In this document: one piece after another, positions 27,469-36,162 of the stretch | How the letters are laid out: the number at the start of each line of letters is the position of its first letter | How positions within the stretch are numbered: position 1 is the stretch's first letter | NCBI GenBank assembly: GCA_001563905.1 | Contig: LKMO01000002.1 | Location: 3,397 to 67,396, forward strand | DNA from: Nanohaloarchaea archaeon B1-Br10_U2g19 | GTDB taxonomy: Archaea > Nanohalarchaeota > Nanosalinia > Nanosalinales > Nanosalinaceae | Direction of reading: 5' to 3' | Length of the DNA: 64,000 nucleotides | Made by a program: the position numbers and the translations under genes | The notes under the pieces: model-generated | What the model saw: only the letters and a program-made list of their open reading frames with translations | Databases searched by the model: none | What the model was told of the DNA's origin: nothing

Positions 27469-27998
27469 ACGCTGCACATCCTATCATTTTTCTCAATTGT
27501 CCAGAAAAGCGAAAAAATTAGTAGTAAAGCTGCTAAGAAAGATAGTTCAAGCCCTCCAAAAGGGAATAAGGCCAGGCTTACTGAGAAACCTGCTATAGCA
27601 ATACTGGTAACGCATACAGAGCAAAGACTTGCTAAAGGAGCTAATAAAATACCTAGTAAAGATCCGGACTGGTTTAAACGAATTTTGTTCTCTGTTAAAC
27701 TCTTTAGTGTTGCTGTAAGATTTAAGCCTATTAATATACTGAGAAAAAGAGTTAGATACAGGTTAAAACTGCTTACTGTTCCTGGAAAACCTGTGAATAA
27801 GGAATAGGAAAGTTTTAGAGTTGTTGAAAAACTGCTGGTTGTTAGAAAAGATGTTATCAGACTTAGATTTGATAGTAAAGTCATGGAAAGATAAGAAAGA
27901 AACGTTGTAGACAAGAAAAACAAGAAACGATTCTTACTGTATAGAACAGGTTTAAGCTGTCTAAAGTTCTCCAAACTAAATATATTGAGTATAGACAT
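27465..27998 (-). CDS. 4-TM membrane protein with intramembrane CxxC (possible thiol-oxidoreductase partner)
   Basis: 177-aa ORF starting 2 nt after the stop of the DsbA-like gene. About four hydrophobic segments. CSVC within TM3 (PLASLCSVCVTSIAIAG) and a C-terminal Cys (RMCSV). Ser/Thr-rich. Confidence 0.55.
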   Translation of the reverse strand: MSILNIFSLENFRQLKPVLYSKNRFLFFLSTTFLSYLSMTLLSNLSLITSFLTTSSFSTTLKLSYSLFTGFPGTVSSFNLYLTLFLSILIGLNLTATLKSLTENKIRLNQSGSLLGILLAPLASLCSVCVTSIAIAGFSVSLALFPFGGLELSFLAALLLIFSLFWTIEKNDRMCSV

Positions 27999-28000
27999 CG

Positions 28001-28915
28001 TTATAGCTGCTCTTCGATAATAGTTTCAAATACATTGAAAGGCTGAGCGCCTGTAACAGACTCGTCTTCAATAACTATTTCTGGCGTCCCGGTTATGCCT
28101 AGACTTGTTGCTTCTTGAGAGTCTGCTTGTACTAAATTATGAGATTCTTGGTTGTTGTAACAGGTCTCAAACTCGTTCATATCTATGCCTGTCTGTTCAG
28201 CCATATCGAAGAGCTCTTCTTCGTACTGTTCAGGATCTGAGTCGCTGAGACTTGAAAGCTCCATAAATCTGTCTATATGCTCGTCATGGAAATCCCAGAA
28301 AGCGTCGTGATCTTGCTGTGCTACACATTCTGAAGCAATCGCAGGATCTTCTCCACCAACAACAGGATGGTGCTTGTAGTATACTTTGACCTGTCCTGTT
28401 TCAACGTACTCTTCCATGATCTGAGGCATAGCACTGTTTGCTTGTACTTCTGCTGCCACGTCTTCATTATTGAATGCTCCGCAGAATGGACAGAAGAAGT
28501 CTTCGTATTTGACTAAAGTTACGGGAGCGTCTTCATCTCCTCTTACCGGTCGATCGTCTAAATCAATGTTCTCTACAGTGGCTTGTGAAGGGGCTGAGTC
28601 TCCAGCTTCATCTTCGGCTGAAGGCAGCTGTGGGTTGTCTTGTTGGATATCTGCCGTAGATAGTATGCCTGTGTTTGTAGCTAGATATGTTCCGGTTGTA
28701 CCGAAGAAAAATCCTATCATCAGAAACAGTGCTGCCACACTTTTGAGGCCCAGAGAAATGTCGAGGGTCTGTTTACTAGTATTTTCTGCGGAGTTATCGT
28801 TATTTTCTTCCTCTTCTTCTGATTCAGAATGTTTCTGAGTCTGGTGAATGCTCCGACCTCTTTTAGAGTCGAACTCTCTACCACATTTTTCGCATTCAAA
28901 GTTTTCTTCGGTCAT
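28001..28915 (-). CDS. membrane-anchored DsbA-like thioredoxin-fold protein with N-terminal C2H2 zinc finger
   Basis: 304 aa. FECEKCGREFDSKRGRSIHQTQKH (Cx2Cx12Hx4H). TM segment VAALFLMIGFFFGTTGTYLA. Thioredoxin/DsbA body with active site FFCPFCGAF and a GITGTPE cis-Pro loop. Confidence 0.85.
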   Translation of the reverse strand: MTEENFECEKCGREFDSKRGRSIHQTQKHSESEEEEENNDNSAENTSKQTLDISLGLKSVAALFLMIGFFFGTTGTYLATNTGILSTADIQQDNPQLPSAEDEAGDSAPSQATVENIDLDDRPVRGDEDAPVTLVKYEDFFCPFCGAFNNEDVAAEVQANSAMPQIMEEYVETGQVKVYYKHHPVVGGEDPAIASECVAQQDHDAFWDFHDEHIDRFMELSSLSDSDPEQYEEELFDMAEQTGIDMNEFETCYNNQESHNLVQADSQEATSLGITGTPEIVIEDESVTGAQPFNVFETIIEEQL

Positions 28916-29009
28916 AATACTGTTTAGATAGATCTGTTTTATTATAATTGCAGGGTTTCTCTAGAGTAACCTAGTTAAAAAAGAAGGAAATAAGAGTGGA
29001 AAATGTAGT

Positions 29010-31292
29010 TTATGCGTAGTAGTCTGGAGTGTTGTCTACTTCTTCTACCTCTTCCATCTTCTGCATCATCTGTTCGTAATGCTTCTTGTTTTCGTCGGTT
29101 GCTGTAGGCCGTATATCGTTCATAGCTTCTCTGAAGTGTTTTAGCTTGACATCTTCTGATTCAGGATCTTCTCTTAGTGAGATCATTCCTGCTTCTCTTA
29201 CTAGAGACTCTATATCGCTTCCTACATAGCCTTCGATCTCTTCTGCTAGGCCTTCAAGGTTTACTTCGTCTGCGAGAGGCATCTTCTTTGTATGGACTTC
29301 GAGAATCTTCTGTCTTGCTTTTACGTCCGGTATGTCTACCTGGATATTTCTGTCGATTCTTCCTGGTCTTAGTACTGCAGGATCGATTAGATCGGGCCTG
29401 TTTGTTGCTGCAATAACTGTTACTCCTTCAAGACTTTCTACACCGTCAAGTTCAGTTAGTAACTGGTTTACAACTCTGTCTCCTACTCCTGAGTCGCTTC
29501 TGCTTCCTCTGCGTGTTGCTATTGAGTCGATTTCGTCGATGAAGACGATACATGGTGCTACTTGTCGTGCTTTCTTGAAGACTTCTCTTATTGCTTCTTC
29601 TGATTCTCCTACGTATTTGGAGAAGATTTCAGGTCCTTTGATTGAGATGAAGTTGGCGTTAGCTTCGTTTGCTACGGCTTTAGCTAAAAGTGTTTTACCT
29701 GTTCCCGGCATTCCGTACAGCAGAATTCCTTTCGGTACTTCGATTCCCATTCTTTCGAATCTTTCAGGGTAGAGCTGCGGCCATTCAACCATTTCTCTTA
29801 ACTGTTCTTTGGTTCCTTCTAGTCCTCCTACATCTTCCCAGGTTACTGAAGGTACTTCTACCATTACTTCTCTCATTGCTGATGGCTCGACACTTCTTAA
29901 GCCGTCTATCATGTCTTCAGATCCGACAATCAGTTTCTCCATTACGTCGCTTGGTATCTCTTCATCCAGGTCTATTTCGGGTAGTACACGTCTTAAGACA
30001 CTCATTGCAGCTTCTTTACATAGTGCTTCGAGGTCTGCTCCGACATATCCGTGTGTTTTATCGGATAGTTCGTCTAGATCGACATCTTCGGTTAGAGGCA
30101 TGTTTCTGGTATGGATTTGGAGTATCTCTTTTCTTCCTTCGCTGTTTGGTACTCCGATCTCTATTTCTCTGTCGAAACGTCCTCCTCTTCTTAGTGCTTC
30201 GTCTACTGCGTCGATACGGTTTGTTGCAGCTATTACGATAACGTTTTCACGTTCTTCCAGTCCGTCCATCAAGGAGAGTAGCTGTGCTACAACTCTTCTT
30301 TCTACTTCTCCTCCGACTTCGCTTCTTTTGGATGCGATTGCATCGATTTCGTCGATGAATATTATTGCAGGACTGTTTTCTTGTGCTTCTTCGAACTTTT
30401 CACGGAGCTGTTTTTCGGACTCTCCGTAGTACTTGCTCATTATTTCCGGTCCGTTTATGGATAGGAAGGTTGCGTCCGCTTCGTTTGCTACGGCTTTAGC
30501 TAAAAGTGTTTTACCTGTTCCTGGAGGTCCGTGTAGTAGTACTCCGCTTGGAGCTTCTATTCCTAGTTGTTGGAATACTTCTGGATGTCTTAGAGGTAGT
30601 TCTATCATCTCTCGGACGTCCTGTATCTCTTTGTCTAGTCCTCCTATATCTTCGTAGGTTACTTCAGGGACTCTTACCTGTTGTTGTTCTACGTTTTCTA
30701 CGGCTTGTTGTTTCATTTCGATCTCGGTTGTTTCAGTTATTTTTACTGGGCCTTTCGGCTTGGTTTTTACGACAGCTAGTTTTAGGTCTCCGAAGCCTCG
30801 GAAGCTGAAGTGGTCGCCTTCTAGGTCGAACATGTCGTCGAAGACGGATCGTCGGGTTTCGTCTTTGTCTCCTGGTACTATTATGTCGCCTTCCATTACT
30901 GCGCGGTTGCTTAAGGCTTTTTTGAACATGTTAGGGTTTCCTACCTGTAGCATTACGCCTTCTTCGGCAGGTGCTAAAGTTATTTTCTTGGCTTCTTTTA
31001 GTTCGGCTCTTTCAACATCTACTTTTTCTCCTAGGCTTGTTCCGGCGTTTTTACGCATGTAGCCGTCCATTCTTGCGATTCCTAGGCCTTTGTCGGCAGG
31101 ATAACTTCTTGCAACTCTTCCTACTGTTTTGCGGTTTCCTTTGAGTGTTACTGCGTCTCCTTCTCTTACGCTGATTTCATCCATTACTTTGGAGTCAATT
31201 CTTACGATCCCGCGTCCTATGTCTTGTTGGGCGTTTGGTGGTACTTCTCCTACACGTAAGTTTACTTTGTTGTCATCTTTTTGGTCTGTCAT
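29010..31292 (-). CDS. cdc48: CDC48/VCP-like AAA+ ATPase (two AAA domains)
   Basis: N domain (VNLRVGE...GIVRID). D1 and D2 each carry [18 protein letters not shown] / [18 protein letters not shown] Walker A and IIFIDEID / IVFIDEID Walker B. Start taken at MTDQKDD (31292); the ORF is open to 31340. Confidence 0.96.
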   Translation of the reverse strand: MTDQKDDNKVNLRVGEVPPNAQQDIGRGIVRIDSKVMDEISVREGDAVTLKGNRKTVGRVARSYPADKGLGIARMDGYMRKNAGTSLGEKVDVERAELKEAKKITLAPAEEGVMLQVGNPNMFKKALSNRAVMEGDIIVPGDKDETRRSVFDDMFDLEGDHFSFRGFGDLKLAVVKTKPKGPVKITETTEIEMKQQAVENVEQQQVRVPEVTYEDIGGLDKEIQDVREMIELPLRHPEVFQQLGIEAPSGVLLHGPPGTGKTLLAKAVANEADATFLSINGPEIMSKYYGESEKQLREKFEEAQENSPAIIFIDEIDAIASKRSEVGGEVERRVVAQLLSLMDGLEERENVIVIAATNRIDAVDEALRRGGRFDREIEIGVPNSEGRKEILQIHTRNMPLTEDVDLDELSDKTHGYVGADLEALCKEAAMSVLRRVLPEIDLDEEIPSDVMEKLIVGSEDMIDGLRSVEPSAMREVMVEVPSVTWEDVGGLEGTKEQLREMVEWPQLYPERFERMGIEVPKGILLYGMPGTGKTLLAKAVANEANANFISIKGPEIFSKYVGESEEAIREVFKKARQVAPCIVFIDEIDSIATRRGSRSDSGVGDRVVNQLLTELDGVESLEGVTVIAATNRPDLIDPAVLRPGRIDRNIQVDIPDVKARQKILEVHTKKMPLADEVNLEGLAEEIEGYVGSDIESLVREAGMISLREDPESEDVKLKHFREAMNDIRPTATDENKKHYEQMMQKMEEVEEVDNTPDYYA
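29662..29705. repeat. 44-nt exact intragenic repeat, copy 1 (cdc48 D2 Walker A region)
   Basis: gcttcgtttgctacggctttagctaaaagtgttttacctgttcc is identical to 30478-30521. Confidence 0.9.
30478..30521. repeat. 44-nt exact intragenic repeat, copy 2 (cdc48 D1 Walker A region)
   Basis: Identical 44-mer to 29662-29705. Both encode [15 protein letters not shown]. Confidence 0.9.
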
Positions 31293-31623
31293 AGTTATCC
31301 TCCTTGTTGAGTTTGTCCAGTATCTTCTGTTCTTTGACAAGTACTGTGAAGATATGGTAGGATACTTTTTCTTCCCAGGTGTGAAAGTACTCTTCCACTT
31401 TGTCTGTGTGCTTTTTGGCGAAGATAAACACTGAGTCGTCGACTCGAGTGTTTGGTACCTCGTCCATCAAGCCTTTCTTGTCGTACTTGTAGGTTTTACC
31501 GTTTTTCTTCACCGTTTGACGGTATCCGAAAAGTCCGCGGTAAAACTTGTTTCTCTCGTAAACAGAGTCGAAGTACTCCCTGTTTGTGTTGTATGTTAGT
31601 AGGGCTGCCTTCTTTTTGGACAT
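31273..31623 (-). CDS. hypothetical small basic protein
   Basis: 116-aa ORF, K/R/Y-rich. Its 3' end overlaps the cdc48 start by 20 nt. No family recognised. Confidence 0.55.
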   Translation of the reverse strand: MSKKKAALLTYNTNREYFDSVYERNKFYRGLFGYRQTVKKNGKTYKYDKKGLMDEVPNTRVDDSVFIFAKKHTDKVEEYFHTWEEKVSYHIFTVLVKEQKILDKLNKEDNYDRPKR

Positions 31624-31731
31624 ATAGGTAGTTTGTTGTCAGTAACCTTTAAACACTTTTTTGTTTACGTCCATAAAAAACGTTTTTATCTACTCGAAGG
31701 GGATAAAAGAGTCCACACAATAAAGTAACTC

Positions 31732-32421
31732 GTGGAAGTCGAACGAGTATCAACAGGCAGCGAACCTATAGACAGCCTTCTAAACGGAGGGATAGAGAAA
31801 GGACTGATAACCAATGTATTCGGAGAATCAGGCTCCGGTAAAACCAATCTCTGCGTCCAAGTAGCTGCAGAAGTAGCGAAAAACGGTGGAAAAGTAATCT
31901 ATATCGACACCGAAAAAGGATTCTCTCCAGAAAGATTCTCACAGATAGCATCAGAAAAAGATCTAGAAAACATGCTCTTAATGGAGCCCTACGACTTCCA
32001 AGAACAAGCCGACCGGATAAACGCCTTAGAAGGTGTAGTAGAGGAAGAAGAACCAGAACTAGTCATAGTCGACTCAATGGTATCTCTATACCGTTTACAA
32101 GCTAAAGGCGACCAGATACAGGAAGTAAACCAGAAACTCTCCCAGCAGCTCTCACAGCTCGCAAAAATAGCAAGAAAATACAATATGCCTGTAATGATAA
32201 CAAACCAGGTCTACACAAGCTTTGAAGAAGACGAAATAGAGCTAGTCGGAAGAGACGTACCACGTTACTGGTCCAAGTGCCTAGTCAAACTAACTAACCA
32301 CGACAAAAACGTGAGAAAAGCCGAGATAGAGAAACACCGTTCACTTCCCGAAGGAAGAGCAGAAAAGTTCGAGATAACAGATGCAGGTCTAGTAACATAC
32401 AAGAAGAAAGGACTGTTCTAA
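31732..32421 (+). CDS. radB: RadB recombinase paralogue
   Basis: 229 aa with GTG start. Walker A GESGSGKTN, Walker B LVIVDS. It lacks the N-terminal HhH domain of RadA. Confidence 0.9.
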   Translation: MEVERVSTGSEPIDSLLNGGIEKGLITNVFGESGSGKTNLCVQVAAEVAKNGGKVIYIDTEKGFSPERFSQIASEKDLENMLLMEPYDFQEQADRINALEGVVEEEEPELVIVDSMVSLYRLQAKGDQIQEVNQKLSQQLSQLAKIARKYNMPVMITNQVYTSFEEDEIELVGRDVPRYWSKCLVKLTNHDKNVRKAEIEKHRSLPEGRAEKFEITDAGLVTYKKKGLF

Positions 32422-32461
32422 ACAAATTTTATAAATCTCAAAGTTTAGACAGATACTTTAT

Positions 32462-32536
32462 GCGCGTCCAAAACAACTCCCAACAGAAGGGTGGCTGCTT
32501 TATTGGAGACTCATCTGTTTTCAAGGGTGGACGCGT
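32462..32536 (+). ncRNA. candidate small structured RNA (unassigned)
   Basis: 9-bp closing stem GCGCGUCCA (32462-32470) with UGGACGCGU (32528-32536), including one G-U valid only in + sense. Internal AACAGA/UCUGUU and CUCC/GGAG complementarities. The 8-mer AAGGGTGG is repeated at 32487 and 32523. Not tRNA-like. Confidence 0.3.
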
Positions 32537-32623
32537 TCTGCAACAGTAAACTTTCTACACAACTCCAGTTAGGAACATTTTCTCACAGATTCATTGATCT
32601 ACTTCTGATTATCCTGATTATTA

Positions 32624-32657
32624 CGCTGCTACTGCTGTAAAAAATACAGTGGTAGCG
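32624..32657 (+). other. 12-13 bp imperfect hairpin followed by an A10 run
   Basis: CGCUGCUACUGCUGUA / UACAGUGGUAGCG with G-U pairs valid only in + sense. A10 at 32666-32675. Preceded by tandem CTGATTAT x2 (32605-32621). Confidence 0.3.
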
Positions 32658-32781
32658 GGTTTCTCAAAAAAAAAATAACTACCTCTTTTGAGGTCGACCA
32701 CGCTATGACACACAAAAACAACACCGAAACTACGCACAACACTCAAAAACCTTACAGAAACTTCAGAGGTGACAGATAAAG

Positions 32782-33123
32782 ATGTACGAAAACATGGAAG
32801 AATCTTTAGAAGAAGCCACAGACTTATACGGAGTCAAGGCCTCAGCACCTTCGGTAGAACTCTCTTATGAAACAGACAAGCCTGAAGATTATGAACCTCA
32901 CAGTGAAGAACCCGGATATGAAAACTGGGTGATCTTCGAAGGAGCTGAAGGAGATTTAGAGTCTGCAGCGAGAGTACTGTTCTCAGAAACAGAAGAAAAG
33001 AAAGCAGTGACAGATGGAGGACAAGTTCTAGAACAAGAATCTTCTGAAAACTATGAAACAAACTGGAGTCACACTCATCCAGACTACTGGAACCAAGGAG
33101 AGGCCGGAGGCGCTCCCATGTAA
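32782..33123 (+). CDS. hypothetical small acidic protein
   Basis: 113-aa ORF, extremely acidic. No family recognised. Confidence 0.5.
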   Translation: MYENMEESLEEATDLYGVKASAPSVELSYETDKPEDYEPHSEEPGYENWVIFEGAEGDLESAARVLFSETEEKKAVTDGGQVLEQESSENYETNWSHTHPDYWNQGEAGGAPM

Positions 33124-33177
33124 ACCGGCCTTAAACTCCGGAAAAAATAAGAGTCTAGAACCCTTCAACACATACTT

Positions 33178-33435
33178 ATGGACTTAGAAGACTACAGAAA
33201 AGAAATCGACCACGTCAATACAGAGATCGTAGACGCCGTATCTAGAAGAATGAATATTGTAGAAGAAATCGGAACGTACAAAGAACAGAACGGAATGGAT
33301 GTGAAGGACGAGGGCAGAGAAGAAGTAGTTAAACAGCAGTTTGAAAAACTGTTTGAGAAAGAAAGTCTTCCTAAGGAAAAAGGCCGAGAGTTCGCAGAAC
33401 TTCTGATAGAGATGGCGGTGCAGAAACAGGAATGA
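33178..33435 (+). CDS. chorismate mutase (AroQ class)
   Basis: 85 aa. LEDYRKEIDHVNTEIVDAVSRRMNIVEEIGTYK fits the all-helical AroQ pattern. ATGA overlap with the next gene. Confidence 0.85.
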   Translation: MDLEDYRKEIDHVNTEIVDAVSRRMNIVEEIGTYKEQNGMDVKDEGREEVVKQQFEKLFEKESLPKEKGREFAELLIEMAVQKQE

Positions 33436-34199
33436 AGGTCGCAGTCCTAGGACCTGAAGGAACATACACACATGAGGCAGCTAAAAAGTATTTTGAAGAT
33501 CTACAGCCCGAGTTCTGCGCTACAATAAGAGAAGTGTTTGAATCAGATACTAAAGTAAAGTTTATCCCTGTAGAAAACTCTCTAGGCGGCGATGTAACAG
33601 ATACAATAGATCTGCTAAGAGAAAACGATGAAACAATAACCGGTGAAGTAAGAATGTCTATAGAACATGCTCTGATTTCTGAGGAAGAGTTTGAAGATAT
33701 CAGAAAAGTCTGTTCACATCCTCAAGCAGTCTCACAGTGTAAACAGCTTGTAAACAAAAACAACTGGGATGTCGTAGAGAAAGCTTCAACAGCGGAAGCA
33801 GTAGAAACCTTGGAAGAAGGTGAGGCAGCAATAGCTTCAGAGATTTCTGCAGAGATCAACGGTAAACCGGTTTTAAGGAAATCAGTTCAGGACACGGACT
33901 CAAACACGACACGTTTCTTCGTGCTTAACGGCAACCCGACGCCGGAGAAAAAGACTTCGATGATACTGGAGCCTGGAGAAGACCGTCCTGGACTGCTTCA
34001 CGCAATGCTGTCCTGTTTTGCAGGACATGAGATTAACTTGAGCCATATCCAGTCCCGGCCAACACGTGAAGAGCTAGGACAGTACTACTTCTATATAGAG
34101 GCAGAAGTAGCTAACGGAAGACTAGACAAAGCAGTTCAATGCCTAAAAACATATGCGGACGTCAACTTACTCGGTAAATACGGTGTGAAAAAAGTATGA
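33432..34199 (+). CDS. pheA: prephenate dehydratase
   Basis: 255 aa. VAVLGPEGTYTHEAA, NTTRFFVL, C-terminal ACT domain (SRPTREELGQYYFYIE). Confidence 0.93.
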   Translation: MKVAVLGPEGTYTHEAAKKYFEDLQPEFCATIREVFESDTKVKFIPVENSLGGDVTDTIDLLRENDETITGEVRMSIEHALISEEEFEDIRKVCSHPQAVSQCKQLVNKNNWDVVEKASTAEAVETLEEGEAAIASEISAEINGKPVLRKSVQDTDSNTTRFFVLNGNPTPEKKTSMILEPGEDRPGLLHAMLSCFAGHEINLSHIQSRPTREELGQYYFYIEAEVANGRLDKAVQCLKTYADVNLLGKYGVKKV

Positions 34200-35308
34200 G
34201 AAAACGGATACAGAACATAAACTTGTCGATAAGAAAAATTTCGGAAAAAGCAGCAAAACAAGACAGAATAGTAAGGTTTGATATAGGACAGCCAAGTTTC
34301 GACACACCAGAACACGTCAAAAACGCTGCTAAAAAAGGTTTAGAGAATAAACAAGGATACTCTCCGATGCTAGGTCTTCCAAAGCTCCGTAAAGCAATAA
34401 TTGAAGAAGAAAACAGTAAAAACGGTTTTGGAGAGGAAGGAAAACTGCTGGAAAAAGAACATGTAATGGTTACAACCGGAGGAATGGGAGCTCTATACAG
34501 TATTTTTGCAGCAAGACTAGGATCTGAGGATAAAGCAGTTTTCAACGATCCTTGCTGGGGTCCTTACAAGATGATAAGCGAAGTAAACGGAAACCAGTGG
34601 AGCCAAGTAAAGTACTGGGATGAAGACAGAAAACTTACGGAACAAGCCAAAGAAGAGATCGCTGAAGCCGAACTCGTTGTAGTAAACACGCCAGGAAACC
34701 CTACAGGATACACATTAACCAGAGAACAAGCTAAAGAGATAGGAGAGCTAGCCGATCAGAACAACACCTTCTTAGTCTCGGATGAGGTCTACCACCGTCT
34801 AACTTATGGAAGAGAACATTACTCTCCGGCAGAGTTCTCATGCGACTCCGCGATTATAGGATCTGCGTCCAAAAACCATGCGATGACAGGATGGAGAATA
34901 GGCTGGATAGTAGATAAAACAGAAAATATTGAACAGTACGCTAAAGTATCAAGAGCTTCCACAGCATGCCCTCCAAGAATATCTCAGTATGCCGCAATAG
35001 AAGCCTTAGAAAACGATTCTCATGTAGAAAAGATGAGAAAAACCTATGAGAAGAGACGAGATCTACTTGTAGAAAGAATGGAACAGCTTAACTGGGATTT
35101 TGTGGCTCCGGAAGGCGCAATATACGCTTTCCCGGAGATAGGTGAAGACTCCTGGGAGTTCTGTATGAGGATGATAGATGAAGGTGTGGCAATGGTTCCC
35201 GGAGAGCCAATGGGTCCTGAAAGCAGCCAGAACGTTAGAATCTGCTTCGGATCAACCACAACAGAAGAGATAAACAAAGCGTTCGATATAATCGAGGAAA
35301 ACATATGA
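34196..35308 (+). CDS. class I/II PLP-dependent aminotransferase (aspartate/aromatic type)
   Basis: 370 aa. NTPGNPTG, LVSDEVYHRL, SASKNHAMTGWRIGW (PLP lysine). Confidence 0.9.
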   Translation: MRKRIQNINLSIRKISEKAAKQDRIVRFDIGQPSFDTPEHVKNAAKKGLENKQGYSPMLGLPKLRKAIIEEENSKNGFGEEGKLLEKEHVMVTTGGMGALYSIFAARLGSEDKAVFNDPCWGPYKMISEVNGNQWSQVKYWDEDRKLTEQAKEEIAEAELVVVNTPGNPTGYTLTREQAKEIGELADQNNTFLVSDEVYHRLTYGREHYSPAEFSCDSAIIGSASKNHAMTGWRIGWIVDKTENIEQYAKVSRASTACPPRISQYAAIEALENDSHVEKMRKTYEKRRDLLVERMEQLNWDFVAPEGAIYAFPEIGEDSWEFCMRMIDEGVAMVPGEPMGPESSQNVRICFGSTTTEEINKAFDIIEENI

Positions 35309-36159
35309 TAGATCAGAAAATCGCTATAGTCGGAGGAACAGGAAAGTTCGGCCAGCATCTAGGGAAAAAGCTTGGAGAAAACAACGAGATAAGAATCTCG
35401 GGCAGAAACAGTTCAGAAGCCGAAAAAATAGCGGAAAAATACGACTGGAGCCACGGCACAAACCAGGAGATAGTTGAAGATGCCGACATAGTGATTGTGG
35501 CGGTCCCGATATCTGTGACTGTAGATGTGATAAAAGAGATAGGACCTAAAGTACCGGACAACGCACTTTTCTGCGATATTACAAGTGTCAAACAAGAACC
35601 TGTTGAGGAAATGAAGAAGTACTCGGATCAAGTTCTAGGCATGCATCCTATGTACGCTCCAAGCAACTCTATAAAAGGACAGAAAGTGGTTTTATGCCCG
35701 GAAAAAGGCAAGAAATGGACGGAAATGGAGGAGTTCTGGATAGAGAACGGTGCTGAAACACATATCACTGATCCGGAGACTCATGACAAAGCAATGTCGT
35801 TAGTACAAGGCTTAATGCATTTCTCAGAGTTAGTGGTTGCTGACGTGATTAGAAAGTCTGATTTATCTGGTGAAGATATGGAAGAGTTTTCCTCACCAGT
35901 CTATCAGCTTATAACAGATTTGACTGCTAGAATGCTTAACCAGAAGCCAGGACTTTACGGCTCTATACAGGAGGAGAACCCTGAAAACGAAGATGTAAGA
36001 GAAAGATTCTTAGAGTCTGCTGAAGACTTAAAAACGTTAATAGAAAGCGGTGAAGGTTTTGAGGAGAAGTTTACGGAGCTTGGAGAAGAGTTTGATCTTG
36101 AAGGTTCTCAGAACCGTACTGATATGGTTATAGAGTATCTTTCTGAGGAAGTACGTTGA
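35305..36159 (+). CDS. tyrA: prephenate dehydrogenase
   Basis: 284 aa. Rossmann IAIVGGTGKFG, LGMHPMYAP, HDKAMSLVQGLMHF. Confidence 0.9.
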   Translation: MIDQKIAIVGGTGKFGQHLGKKLGENNEIRISGRNSSEAEKIAEKYDWSHGTNQEIVEDADIVIVAVPISVTVDVIKEIGPKVPDNALFCDITSVKQEPVEEMKKYSDQVLGMHPMYAPSNSIKGQKVVLCPEKGKKWTEMEEFWIENGAETHITDPETHDKAMSLVQGLMHFSELVVADVIRKSDLSGEDMEEFSSPVYQLITDLTARMLNQKPGLYGSIQEENPENEDVRERFLESAEDLKTLIESGEGFEEKFTELGEEFDLEGSQNRTDMVIEYLSEEVR

Positions 36160-36162
36160 ACT

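Noticed and set aside
31293-31340. 16-codon upstream extension of cdc48 ([16 protein letters not shown])
   Set aside because: It is basic and atypical, and it deepens the overlap with the upstream [17 protein letters not shown] resembles normal CDC48 N-termini. It is kept as an alternative start only.
29177-31434. Series of + strand ORFs of 74-206 aa inside cdc48
   Set aside because: They are antisense shadows of the CDC48 gene, with S/L/R-rich low-complexity translations and no independent support.
34162-34545. 127-aa minus-strand ORF overlapping the aminotransferase gene
   Set aside because: It is an antisense shadow of a well-supported PLP aminotransferase, with a low-complexity S/F/P-rich translation.
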